From positions 524,767-588,766 of the forward strand of contig NW_019217795.1 in assembly GCF_002571385.2 (NCBI RefSeq): 64,000 nucleotides of DNA. The letters are read 5' to 3'. This DNA comes from Stylophora pistillata. Its lineage: Eukaryota. Within the stretch, counting starts at the first letter, position 1. Each line of letters starts with the position of its first letter. Positions 23,901 to 36,900 of this stretch are shown one piece after another. The notes beneath the pieces were generated by a model. The model worked only from the letters and a program-made list of their open reading frames with translations. It was not told the origin of the DNA and searched no databases. Both the position numbers and the translations under genes were made by a program.

Positions 23901-26900
23901 GAGGCATCATTACTATAATTAAGCTTTCTTGACAGTTAATGAATTCAATGCATCTGTTCAAGAGGCAGTGTTTCTATCTTGTCGAGGGAGGTACTTTAGA
24001 GGACAGTCACTATTTATGATTGTGAATAGCATTACTGTAACAACACCCTGTCTTGTTGAATGAAACAGATATATTTTACTTGTAATTATATTGTAGTAAA
24101 TGAAATAGTTTCAGTTAATAAAGTGACATGCTACTGCAATGCTCTAAGCTGTGACCATATCCACTGCAACAGTGAGCAGAACAAAAATTCTGGTGACTTA
24201 ACTAACTTGTACCATAAGTTAACAATTTGGTGACCTTTTTTGGCAGTAATGCAGCATGCTGCCTTGTTTTTGTTACTTAGTGTTTATGATCTGACATTAA
24301 TAAAAAGTGAAACAAACATTTTTATAAAATTGCATCAATTTTTTTTGTGAAAAAACTCTTTTTTTCTTGTTAGTTGTCCAAGATGAGATGTGAAGTGAAC
24401 CTACAAACATCATAGCCAGCTAGCTTTCTTTTTTTTTTTTTAATTATTACTGTCAGTAATAATCAGGACTATTTTTTCCTGATAGCTAAACTGTTATTTT
24501 TTTTTTTTTTTTAAATCATATTATGCCTTTGGAAACTTTGAGACCTGTGCACTGTACCTCTTTTCTTTTCTCCACTTGTCAATTTTCTCTTTGTCTGCAT
24601 TCTTGATTTCCTGTGAAATTCCTTGTAGTGCTTCATACTCCAAAGGAGTAATAACTTTTACGAGTTAAAGAAAATTTGTTACCTATAAGCAATTGTTCCT
24701 TTTTTTATAGCTTTTTAGCTGCAGTCATCTATGGTGAAAAATACTTCAAAATTGTGGGTTTTGCAGAGTTTAACTCTAAGCCATTCAAAGAATCCATGTC
24801 AAATTTTTTTTTTATTTGTTTAGCAGTGTAGAAAATTTTGATTCTTTCAAAGAGAAGGACAACTAAAAAAAGGTAACTAGAAGTGATAAATGAAAAACGA
24901 AGTGGGCAAGTACACCCACCGAAAAAATGGAGATAGTTGAGCAACAAATAATAATAATAATAATAATAATAATGACAATAATGACAATCTTTATACAGGG
25001 GGCTCACATCACTGGGGAGTGGTATTCTGTGAGGCCCTATGCACCTTAAAGATCTGGCATCTTTAAGGTGCACTTTACCTCATCATTCATTTTTTAGGAC
25101 AGAAAAATCACACACAGTAATCAGCGAGCAACATCTGATGAAAGGATCATTGTGGAGAATTTGAAGGGGCGAAAAAACAGAAAAATGCAAATGCAACAAT
25201 TTTGTACAAAATTTCAAAAGGTATTTTTAAAAATTCTCTTTTAGCTTTTATCATCATTAATAGTATCTTTGCATAATTGATCACAATAACCAGAGAACAA
25301 TATCTGACGAAAGGATTATTGTGGAGATCGAGTTTGAAGGGTTTGAAGAAGGAGCAGAAAACAGAAAATGCAAACACAACAATTTTGTAGAAAATTCAAA
25401 AGGGTACTTTTTAAAATTTATAATTTATAGGTCAGAGCAAAAACAAAACATTCAAAAGGATACTATCATCTAATTTATATACATCAGCCGCTGTCTCAGC
25501 CTTCAAATTATATGGAGGAATGGAGGATTGCTGCTGCTCTGCACCTGCATCTGCAATCAACACAACAAATAAAAAAATATTATGCACATTTACCCAATGT
25601 CAGTCGACATTTTCATGTATTTCTCGATTTTTAAGGATTTTACCTTAATTTGTTTGTAAATATTTTTGATGATTAGAGTGAATTATCGTTATCATAGTGG
25701 GTATCCTCTAGTTTTTCTTACATTTTTATTAGACATTTTAACACATTTTTTCGATTTTCAAGCAGTTTTATCATAATTCTTGTTATTATTTTCTGTGATT
25801 ATGGTGAAGAAAGGATTTTTATTTTTACCCAATGTTATCCTTTTCACTCCCAAGATCATCTCAGTAATTCTCCTTACTGTCTGCCATACAATTCTTATGA
25901 GGTTAGTACGGAGAACTTGGCATTAGATCAACAAGTAAACCCCTAATTGATATTCTTCTTTGTTCTTATCACTTGTCTGCTCCATATTGTATTGATATCG
26001 TAAGGGGAAATTCTGTGTATTGGTCACTCATGGGAGTAAAAAGGGTTATTTCATTTGACATCCAAGTTTCCTTTCCTTGTCCCAAAGTTTCATTTAATCT
26101 ATTAAATAAGATGATAATCAGAGCCACCGTGCAATTTTTCTTTCATTTTAGTCTTCAAAAACATCAGCAAAATGCACACTGACCGCTTGTAAAATTGCTG
26201 AGTAATGATGACAAAGTATTACATAATCCTCTGCCGACTACAGTGCTGGAATCTTTGTAATCAAATGGAAAGCAATGAGACCAAAAAAAAAAAAATTATA
26301 AAATTAATTATCATAAATGAACAACAAAATGATTTCATGTGTAACTTTCTTTCTCATGTTTTGTAGAAATTAGAAACAGAAAGCAGATTAATTAATTCTC
26401 TTGCTTACTTCAAGAACTCCCTGGGAACTGATCATATGTATAAAGTGGTTTCTGCAAATTTTCTTGCCTTTGGCTATGAGAGGTTAAAGGCTTTTCAATT
26501 TTATGGAGTCTCCTGATGTAGAAAAATTACTGTCACATAATTCACACACCTGTTGTATCCATTGGTTCCTTAGCTAATGACTGTAAAACATCAGAAACTT
26601 TTTCATTCAGCTCATTTTTGTCCACTCTGTTTCGTTCTCTAGAAGCCATGGCTCTTTTCTTTCTTTTACCTCCGAAAGCTTCTGTTAGGAGGTCCCTCTA
26701 AATATGGGCCAAACAAGCCAGTCACAATTACAGCAATATTGACAGCTTTAGATCCTGATTTAGTTCACCCTGCAACTTCCAAGATCTGATTGTTAATTCT
26801 CCCAATTAGCTCCTACACATTTTCTTGTAAAATCAGAGAATTTGAGAGGTTGGTGTTAGATCAAGCTAACAACTTCTACCCGATAAGTTTGAGTATTCTC

Positions 26901-29503
26901 ATTACCTGTTTGCTGGATAGTGAATAGACATCATTGGGAGAAGTTACATGTTAATCGCTTCTGGGAGTTAAAGGGCTAATCAGTATTTGTAATACAGACT
27001 AATGTTACAAGAAGAAGGTATTTTATTCATCTTAAGCATGGAGAAAATGTCATGCCTTCAAAATTATTATTGTCAATGAGTTGAATGATGATCACGTTCA
27101 CAAACCTTTTGGAGAAAGGTAAGATCAATCTTACCATCCTCCTCATCTTCTTCTTGGTTTGTTTCAGCACTTGTAGCGTCTGAAAAAGTTTACATCACTA
27201 TCACAACCTCAAACATTATGGATAACTTGCAGCATTTTATTGAAAATCATCAATGACACATTCAATGTGATTTCTCAAAATTCAAAAGAAAGTAATGTTC
27301 TACTAATGAGATCATTTTGCCCAATGTTGGGTATTGAGGAAAAACCAAAAAACAAATAACTACAACTGTAGTTAATAATTAATTGAGCACAAGAGATTAA
27401 GCAGGCTGTCATTTTGCTAGACACTATAGCTTGATTACCAGTGAAATGATGAAGTGTTAATCATTTCTCTCCCTAAATAAATTTTTTCCTCTAAAGAAGG
27501 GAGGCTTATTAGAGGGGGGTGGCTTATTAAAGAGGGGGGTTACCAGAGGATTTACAGTATTTTGTCTTTCATTACATAAAAATATATGATCATTCAGTAA
27601 ATAGTGATAGTTGTTATTACCCAAGACTTTTGGTTGAAGTGTGACCATCTCAGTATCATAAATCTTCATTACTTCTGTTCTCTCATTGTAAATACCAAGA
27701 ACATACCTACAGCATATTTTAAAATTAATAAGTTTTGTCAGCAATTTCCATCAGCTCAAAACATAATGTCTTATTAAAGGCATAATGAACAATTGTTTTG
27801 GAAATGTTTGGACAATGTTTGACTTTCTTTTTTACAGAATACTATTTTAGCAGCTCTATCAGTGACAATTCTTTCCTTCATAAAATGGAAGATAATTTTT
27901 ATTTTGTGAAGATGGATTCTGACTATACACATGCATTATGGACCAAGCGTGAAGTCAAGATGTCTGGATATTGGCCGAGTTCTTTTTTTTCGCTTTTTTT
28001 AAGGATCAAGATAAAGGCAAGGTCCATAAAAACACCAAAAAAAGAATGAGAATAATGTACAGCGATCTTTACCAAGTAAGCTTGGTCAATAAAGAATTTA
28101 TTATATAGCAAAGAAATTTCACTTTAATAAGAATCAAGAATGACTTATTTGTTTCAAGAGCCAGGAAACAAAGCCAACTGTGTTTGTAGCACCATAAACC
28201 TGAGAGGGATTAATCCCGAGTGGGCAAGATGGGTCCATCTTACCCACTTGGGTAGCCAATCAGAAAACAGGATTTGCTTCATCTTACCTCCGGGGGCTGC
28301 CAGCTATCACATCTAACAGACCCCTTCAAAGCATCCACAACTAGCCAATCATAATACAGCTGTTCTGATCTGTAGAATAACTTTTACTCACTTGCAAAGA
28401 CTATTTGATCTTGAAAACTGCCCAAAGTTGTGACCAATGTATTCCATACCATTTGTTTCTGCAATCTAAGAGCCGACCACAATTCAACACAAGAGCAGTA
28501 TGAGAATGAATATTTTTCTCCCTGCCTGTGATGTATGTTACTCAGAGATACTGACAGTAACCCCCAATACCAGATTTCTGCTTCAAGGACCCCTTTATAT
28601 TGCTTTTGGATTTTTTTTTTAAGGTCCAGCATGCTAAATGAACCCTTTACATCTAAAATATCAGTATGCACATTCTCTAAACTGTTCTTAAACATTCCTA
28701 AGATGCTAACAAGGAGAATTTGTTTGACAATCAAGAGCTTCTTTTTCATTTCCTTCATTCTTGTGAAGTTAATGTTTGATTCAGGGGTGATAATGTAAAG
28801 ACAAATTAAATGCTGGTCACTCGTGGGGTCAAAGGGTAAAGGTCAATTCAATCCTCTTTCAAGAAATGTGTCCAACAATGTAAGAACAAAAAGAGCTTTG
28901 GGCTGGAGGCTAAGAAATTGGGGTGGTATCCTTTCAAAGAAAATTTAACCCAGAGAATGCCTTTTACATTTATATAAATACCAAATATTTTCTCATATTT
29001 TGATGGCATACCAAAGTTTTCCTCCGTTTTTTTCTTTTATCTCCTCTATCTGCCCACTGATAACAACCGAACCGTATCCTTTTACTCCCACTGCTTTGCT
29101 TTAAGTTTCCATTGGTGAAATTGACTGAAGGAAGAAAACATTGCAGTTCTGTACATTCTACATGGCTGCACTTGTAAGAACATACAGATTCATTGTATCA
29201 TCGAAAATATAAAAAACTGAACAAATCCTTGAAATATCAACATAATACTGTTTAAGCTCAAAAAGGTCGAATATCGAGTATTAAACTTTAAGTTTATCAA
29301 GGCGCTTTGAGCCACAAGACACAACCATGATTGCCACATAAACGGCGTCACCGTTACACCTAACTAGTATCGTTCATAATATTGTGGGAATTTACGACCT
29401 AAACAATGTTAAAATAAAGTAGTCTTGGGAAAAATGTACCAACAAGGGGCTGCACATTCGAAGAAGCATCGACTGCTTCGTATTCCAACCTTGCAGCCGC
29501 CAT
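20918..29503 (-). CDS. POLR1E: DNA-directed RNA polymerase I subunit RPA49/PAF53, ~418 aa
   Basis: 12 phase-consistent exons: 29503-29440, 29124-29012, 28465-28392, 27706-27621, 27179-27106, 26697-26550, 25550-25464, 24654-24558, 23882-23743, 22285-22210, 21355-21233, 21092-20918. Motifs LVVNFTNG, AETNGMEYIGHNFG, EAFG, IPPYN...DVYKLDDII, LKVPL. Confidence 0.9.
21445..21720 (+). mobile_element. Full-length tRNA-derived SINE
   Basis: A-box TAGCTCAATGG and B-box GGTTCAAGCC. Body shared with copies at 10668, 22484 (3' fragment) and 37255. Confidence 0.8.
22991..23675. mobile_element. Kolobok-like MITE with ~200 bp TIRs
   Basis: GGTTACCGTGCACCTTCAGGGGTGTCTCGCGTGCAA and its reverse complement at the right end, flanked by TTAA / TTAG. 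Confidence 0.8.
24655..25463 (-). other. U12-type (minor spliceosome) GT-AG intron of POLR1E
   Basis: 5' splice site GTATCCTTT. Branch site TTCTTTAAC lies just upstream of the AG, with no polypyrimidine tract. Confidence 0.85.
25126..25420. repeat. Diverged ~170-bp tandem duplication inside the U12 intron
   Basis: ATCTGA(T/C)GAAAGGAT(C/T)ATTGTGGAG...CAACAATTTTGTA...TTTTAAAATT occurs twice. Confidence 0.7.
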
Positions 29504-29803
29504 CTTTGATTCTATCTCACGTGGGGCTTCATGTAAGAGAAGTTGTTGTTTGTTGTTTGTTTCATCAGCCAATCAGATTCTACTTTTCGTGCTATTGTTC
29601 GCGGCAAATTTCCAAGCCGCACAAGTTGTGTACGATCTGCGGTCTTTGTGTTTATCATCCGGGTGAATCTACAATGCATAGGTTTTTCCCTTGATGGTTC
29701 CAGATAAATTATTAATCATCTGGTTACAGACACCTCAGTATTGTACATTAATTTTTCGTAAATTCTGAGATCGGACTCGAAAAATGGTGAGATTTAACGA
29801 AAT
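29504..29803. promoter_or_regulatory. Bidirectional promoter between POLR1E and the CRAL-TRIO gene (duplicate at 33691-33990)
   Basis: Divergent ATGs 300 bp apart. CACGTG E-box at 29518, CCAAT (AGCCAATCAG) at ~29567, YY1-like GCCGCCATCTT over the POLR1E start. Confidence 0.7.
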
Positions 29804-30532
29804 ATGTCTATAGAGATCGCCGGCACGTCATTCGAAGAAAGCTTCGAAGAATTGAAAAATCGCCTTCAGGTAAATTTATCAGTTGAGATCCCGCCAAATG
29901 TATTTCACATTTATTTTAGTTTTAGAATCAGGCATTAATTTCCGTCGCGTTTTCTCCTACGTGACTGTTATAGAATACAATTTGACTTGTGAAAAATCCG
30001 CGAGTATATTAATTTTAACAAAATGTATTACCTTGTCAAATTTTTTTGAAGATTTCTTCGAAAGCTTAGAAACGAAATCGAGATGTCACATTAAGTATTG
30101 TTTAGTTTATTATACATTACGACTTATTTTTTAAATACAATTTTTTTAATTTCAGCCACTCTTTGATGCAGAACCACTCAAGGTATGTAATTTTTTAGGG
30201 GGGTTGAAAATAATCAGCTCGTATTTTCAAATTGCAGTTTTTTTTTAATCAGCTTAAGAGTCGCTTAATGTTTGGTGCAGAGTTCTGTTGCGCCTTTTCT
30301 CGTGCGGAGGCTAGACATAGTTTCCTTTTGTCATTAAAAAAATTTGCATATGTCAAGCTAGGGAGGCTTTGTATTTAGCTGTGAAAATTTAATTTCTCTG
30401 AATTTTGAAAATTAGGTATAGAGCATGGGTTTACTGGTAAATTAAAATGTAGTATATTTGCGAAAGCAAACATACGGAAGTTGTAGATTAAGTCAAAAGT
30501 AATTTGTTCCATCTTTAATATCTGTTTTTTCG

Positions 30533-31498
30533 NNNNNNNNNNNNNNNNNNNNNNNNNNNNNNNNNNNNNNNNNNNNNNNNNNNNNNNNNNNNNNNNNNNN
30601 NNNNNNNNNNNNNNNNNNNNNNNNNNNNNNNNNNNNNNNNNNNNNNNNNNNNNNNNNNNNNNNNNNNNNNNNNNNNNNNNNNNNNNNNNNNNNNNNNNNN
30701 NNNNNNNNNNNNNNNNNNNNNNNNNNNNNNNNNNNNNNNNNNNNNNNNNNNNNNNNNNNNNNNNNNNNNNNNNNNNNNNNNNNNNNNNNNNNNNNNNNNN
30801 NNNNNNNNNNNNNNNNNNNNNNNNNNNNNNNNNNNNNNNNNNNNNNNNNNNNNNNNNNNNNNNNNNNNNNNNNNNNNNNNNNNNNNNNNNNNNNNNNNNN
30901 NNNNNNNNNNNNNNNNNNNNNNNNNNNNNNNNNNNNNNNNNNNNNNNNNNNNNNNNNNNNNNNNNNNNNNNNNNNNNNNNNNNNNNNNNNNNNNNNNNNN
31001 NNNNNNNNNNNNNNNNNNNNNNNNNNNNNNNNNNNNNNNNNNNNNNNNNNNNNNNNNNNNNNNNNNNNNNNNNNNNNNNNNNNNNNNNNNNNNNNNNNNN
31101 NNNNNNNNNNNNNNNNNNNNNNNNNNNNNNNNNNNNNNNNNNNNNNNNNNNNNNNNNNNNNNNNNNNNNNNNNNNNNNNNNNNNNNNNNNNNNNNNNNNN
31201 NNNNNNNNNNNNNNNNNNNNNNNNNNNNNNNNNNNNNNNNNNNNNNNNNNNNNNNNNNNNNNNNNNNNNNNNNNNNNNNNNNNNNNNNNNNNNNNNNNNN
31301 NNNNNNNNNNNNNNNNNNNNNNNNNNNNNNNNNNNNNNNNNNNNNNNNNNNNNNNNNNNNNNNNNNNNNNNNNNNNNNNNNNNNNNNNNNNNNNNNNNNN
31401 NNNNNNNNNNNNNNNNNNNNNNNNNNNNNNNNNNNNNNNNNNNNNNNNNNNNNNNNNNNNNNNNNNNNNNNNNNNNNNNNNNNNNNNNNNNNNNNNNN
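30533..31498. other. Assembly gap
   Basis: Run of N. Confidence 1.
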
Positions 31499-31727
31499 CC
31501 TCTGAAAAGGAGGGGCTTATTAGAGAGGGGTGCTAATTAGAGGGGGTGGCTTATTAAAGAGGGGAGTGACTTATTAAAGGGGGGTGGCTTATTAAAGAGG
31601 GGGGCTTATTAGAGGGGGGTGGCTTATTAAAGAAGGGGGCTTGTTAGAGGGGGTGGCTTATTAAAGAGGGAGGCTTATTAGAGGGGGGTGGCTTATTAGA
31701 GGGGGGTGGCTTATTAAAGAGGGGTCT
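31499..31727. repeat. G-rich minisatellite, ~16-19 bp unit GGCTTATTA(A)AGAGGGGGGT
   Basis: About 12 units here versus about 2 at the corresponding site 27488-27540. Confidence 0.85.
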
Positions 31728-31807
31728 TACCAGAGGATTTACAGTATTTTGTCTTTCATTACATAAAAATATATGATCATTCAGTAAATAGTGATAGTTG
31801 TTATTAC

Positions 31808-33690
31808 CCAAGACTTTTGGTTGAAGTGTGACCATCTCAGTATCATAAATCTTCATTACTTCTGTTCTCTCATTGTAAATACCAAGAACATACCTACAGC
31901 ATATTTTAAAATTAATAAGTTTTGTCAGCAATTTCCATCAGCTCAAAACATAATGTCTTATTAAAGGCATAATGAACAATTGTTTTGGAAATGTTTGGAC
32001 AATGTTTGACTTTCTTTTTTACAGAATACTATTTTAGCAGCTCTATCAGTGACAATTCTTTCCTTCATAAAATGGAAGATAATTTTTATTTTGTGAAGAT
32101 GGATTCTGACTATACACATGCATTATGGACCAAGCGTGAAGTCAAGATGTCTGGATATTGGCCGAGTTCTTTTTTTTCGCTTTTTTTAAGGATCAAGATA
32201 AAGGCAAGGTCCATAAAAACACCAAAAAAAGAATGAGAATAATGTACAGCGATCTTTACCAAGTAAGCTTGGTCAATAAAGAATTTATTATATAGCAAAG
32301 AAATTTCACTTTAATAAGAATCAAGAATGACTTATTTGTTTCAAGAGCCAGGAAACAAAGCCAACTGTGTTTGTAGCACCATAAACCTGAGAGGGATTAA
32401 TCCCGAGTGGGCAAGATGGGTCCATCTTACCCACTTGGGTAGCCAATCAGAAAACAGGATTTGCTTCATCTTACCTCCGGGGGCTGCCAGCTATCACATC
32501 TAACAGACCCCTTCAAAGCATCCACAACTAGCCAATCATAATACAGCTGTTCTGATCTGTAGAATAACTTTTACTCACTTGCAAAGACTATTTGATCTTG
32601 AAAACTGCCCAAAGTTGTGACCAATGTATTCCATACCATTTGTTTCTGCAATCTAAGAGCCGACCACAATTCAACACAAGAGCAGTATGAGAATGAATAT
32701 TTTTCTCCCTGCCTGTGATGTATGTTACTCAGAGATACTGACAGTAACCCCCAATACCAGATTTCTGCTTCAAGGACCCCTTTATATTGCTTTTGGATTT
32801 TTTTTTTAAGGTCCAGCATGCTAAATGAACCCTTTACATCTAAAATATCAGTATGCACATTCTCTAAACTGTTCTTAAACATTCCTAAGATGCTAACAAG
32901 GAGAATTTGTTTGACAATCAAGAGCTTCTTTTTCATTTCCTTCATTCTTGTGAAGTTAATGTTTGATTCAGGGGTGATAATGTAAAGACAAATTAAATGC
33001 TGGTCACTCGTGGGGTCAAAGGGTAAAGGTCAATTCAATCCTCTTTCAAGAAATGTGTCCAACAATGTAAGAACAAAAAGAGCTTTGGGCTGGAGGCTAA
33101 GAAATTGGGGTGGTATCCTTTCAAAGAAAATTTAACCCAGAGAATGCCTTTTACATTTATATAAATACCAAATATTTTCTCATATTTTGATGGCATACCA
33201 AAGTTTTCCTCCGTTTTTTTCTTTTATCTCCTCTATCTGCCCACTGATAACAACCGAACCGTATCCTTTTACTCCCACTGCTTTGCTTTAAGTTTCCATT
33301 GGTGAAATTGACTGAAGGAAGAAAACATTGCAGTTCTGTACATTCTACATGGCTGCACTTGTAAGAACATACAGATTCATTGTATCATCGAAAATATAAA
33401 AAACTGAACAAATCCTTGAAATATCAACATAATACTGTTTAAGCTCAAAAAGGTCGAATATCGAGTATTAAACTTTAAGTTTATCAAGGCGCTTTGAGCC
33501 ACAAGACACAACCATGATTGCCACATAAACGGCGTCACCGTTACACCTAACTAGTATCGTTCATAATATTGTGGGAATTTACGACCTAAACAATGTTAAA
33601 ATAAAGTAGTCTTGGGAAAAATGTACCAACAAGGGGCTGCACATTCGAAGAAGCATCGACTGCTTCGTATTCCAACCTTGCAGCCGCCAT
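31808..33690 (-). other. POLR1E: Duplicate copy of POLR1E exons 1-4 within the artefactual duplication
   Basis: Same sequence as 27621-29503 shifted by 4187. Confidence 0.8.
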
Positions 33691-33990
33691 CTTTGATTCT
33701 ATCTCACGTGGGGCTTCATGTAAGAGAAGTTGTTGTTTGTTGTTTGTTTCATCAGCCAATCAGATTCTACTTTTCGTGCTATTGTTCGCGGCAAATTTCC
33801 AAGCCGCACAAGTTGTGTACGATCTGCGGTCTTTGTGTTTATCATCCGGGTGAATCTACAATGCATAGGTTTTTCCCTTGATGGTTCCAGATAAATTATT
33901 AATCATCTGGTTACAGACACCTCAGTATTGTACATTAATTTTTCGTAAATTCTGAGATCGGACTCGAAAAATGGTGAGATTTAACGAAAT

Positions 33991-36900
33991 ATGTCTATAG
34001 AGATCGCCGGCACGTCATTCGAAGAAAGCTTCGAAGAATTGAAAAATCGCCTTCAGGTAAATTTATCAGTTGAGATCCCGCCAAATGTATTTCACATTTA
34101 TTTTAGTTTTAGAATCAGGCATTAATTTCCGTCGCGTTTTCTCCTACGTGACTGTTATAGAATACAATTTGACTTGTGAAAAATCCGCGAGTATATTAAT
34201 TTTAACAAAATGTATTACCTTGTCAAATTTTTTTGAAGATTTCTTCGAAAGCTTAGAAACGAAATCGAGATGTCACATTAAGTATTGTTTAGTTTATTAT
34301 ACATTACGACTTATTTTTTAAATACAATTTTTTTAATTTCAGCCACTCTTTGATGCAGAACCACTCAAGGTATGTAATTTTTTAGGGGGGTTGAAAATAA
34401 TCAGCTCGTATTTTCAAATTGCAGTTTTTTTTTAATCAGCTTAAGAGTCGCTTAATGTTTGGTGCAGAGTTCTGTTGCGCCTTTTCTCGTGCGGAGGCTA
34501 GACATAGTTTCCTTTTGTCATTAAAAAAATTTGCATATGTCAAGCTAGGGAGGCTTTGTATTTAGCTGTGAAAATTTAATTTCTCTGAATTTTGAAAATT
34601 AGGTATAGAGCATGGGTTTACTGGTAAATTAAAATGTAGTATATTTGCGAAAGCAAACATACGGAAGTTGTAGATTAAGTCAAAAGTAATTTGTTCCATC
34701 TTTAATATCTGTTTTTTCGGGCTTCTCTACAAACGCCCCTCTTTCTTTCATTTTTTCGTGTCTTCGAAGTTGGTTTTTCAGCGTTTATGTACCAATTTAG
34801 TTTTGGTACCATTAGCAGCTTTTTGATCAAAATTGCAGAGAAATTCCTGTTGATTATTTCCCTAAAATAAAATGAAGACAATTGTGAAATAGCAATTAAA
34901 AAGTAAAAATAAAAAAGTAATGCAGCCACTTTTTTCCTGATACTGACGACATGTAGAAACTGTTAAAAATGGCATACTTCTTATGCAACTCTACTCACAT
35001 TTTGAGACACTAAATGTGTTGTGTGCCAGAATGCTTTCCAGTATTACATCATTTCTAATTATAGGTGAGAATTGACTCATCTCATAATTCATGCTACTGG
35101 TTTATATGAAGATGACTGTTGAACAGTTTTAGCAATTTGGTCGAATAAATGAATGAATAATAGGTGGATTGATTTATTTGCCTGCAAATAAGTTTGCCCA
35201 GTATAGCCTTATTAACCTTGTGCATACCAGGGTTTGTCATTTGAAGCTGGTATTTATGAACTGATTCAATTATCAATTTCTGGTGCATAGAAGTTTCTCA
35301 AATATGTTCTAGACTACTAAAAATCACATCTCAGAGAGTTTCAAATTTTAAATTTTTTCCTGGGAAGCTGCTTCAGAACCTCCCCTAGAAGGGGGGGGAG
35401 GGAGTGTTACTTTAATTTATCCACCTACTCAGTTGAGATCATGCATCTACTCTATTTTCCAACGATAACATTGTTACACCGTGAGCACTTTATTTTTTAT
35501 TATGCGATTTCTAATTCAGGTTCAGACAGATTCTTGCTTGAGACGATTTCTGCGAGGATTTGACGATGTGGATGAAGCGTATACCGCCTTGATAAAGTAC
35601 ATAAACTGGAGAGAAGAATATGGTGTAAACTGTTTAAGCAGAGGAGATGATGATATTGAAGAACAAATTGCTTTGAATAAGGCTGAAGTGTTAGAATCTC
35701 CAGATCATAGAGGAAGGTGAATTATGATACTTACTGTTGTCACCAGTTGATTATTTATTTAAGGTTAGTTTTACTTAGTTCTTATTAACCAAGCAGGAGG
35801 TCTGTATAGGAGAATCTTGACCGAGGTCGCCAGTACAGACTGAACACAGTGAGGTCTGTACCAGCGACCAAGGTCAAGATTCTCCCATACAGACCGACCT
35901 AGCTCCGTTAATAAGATGTTTATTATATGGCTGTGTCTTGTATGCCAATTTTTTATATTCTTTGTACCTTTTTTTTCTAGACCGGTCTACATGCCGGTCT
36001 AGATGGGAAATTCTAGATCGCTTTCAATATTGATTTGAGCCAATCAAATTCGTTAATTAGGTAGTTCCCAGTCCTTGTGAGACACAGCCATATAATAATA
36101 ATAAGGGTTATTTATGTGCTGGTATTAACCCTTGAACTCCCACAAGTGACCAAGACATAATTTCTCCTCATACAATATCAAGCAGAATAAAGAAAAATAT
36201 CATTTAGGAGAGTATTAGTTGATCCAATACCAAATTCTCCATACTTGTATGCTAGACGGTAAGGAGGATTTACTAATGAGATCTTGGGAAAGAAAAGGGT
36301 CTGTCGTTCATTTCCTGGAATAGACATTATCCCTTCAAAAAAGCCTCCTTCCATTTCCTGTCTTCTTTTTCCCTGACACCCAGTCCCTCCCCCTATCCCA
36401 TGCCAAAGAGCCCCCCTCACCCCTCCCACCCTATAGACTTGCAAATGGTAAATTGTAACACACTCTAACATTTGATCAGCTTTTGCTACCTCAGTTTACA
36501 AACAGCTGTGCAGTTGAAAGTGTTTGACCCTTGACACCCTAATATCAGTAATCGTATTCTCAACACTGTTTTCTAGACAATTCCTATGGAATGACAAGAA
36601 GAATTTGGTTAACAATCAGGGGCTTCTAAAATTTGTGATTATTTCATATAATCTCATGACCTTTGTGTTTGATTAAAGGGTGATATTGTAAGGAGAAATT
36701 AGAAGCCACTCACACTCAGGGGTTAAGAAAAAGGGTTCAGCACTGTTTGATAATTACATTTGGTGGATATATATATCTTATTAACTAAGCGTGAGGGCCG
36801 TACTGAGAGAATATCGGCCCGTGGTCTTGACAGTACGGACCAAGCGCAGCAAGGTCCGTACAAGAAAGACCGAGGGCCGATATTCTTCCAGTACGGTCCC

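Larger units (their letters stand above)
27541..34719. repeat. Apparently identical ~3 kb duplication (27541-30532 = 31728-34719) flanking an N-gap; likely assembly or haplotype artefact
   Basis: Constant offset of 4187 and identical ORF translations. The left copy ends exactly at the gap (30533-31498). Confidence 0.85.

Noticed and set aside
27135-27179. Strong GTAAG donor at 27134 in POLR1E exon 5
   Set aside because: Phase-incompatible with the next exon. The donor at 27105 keeps both frame and homology.
31808-33690. Second POLR1E paralogue
   Set aside because: Identical partial copy next to an assembly gap; treated as an artefact.
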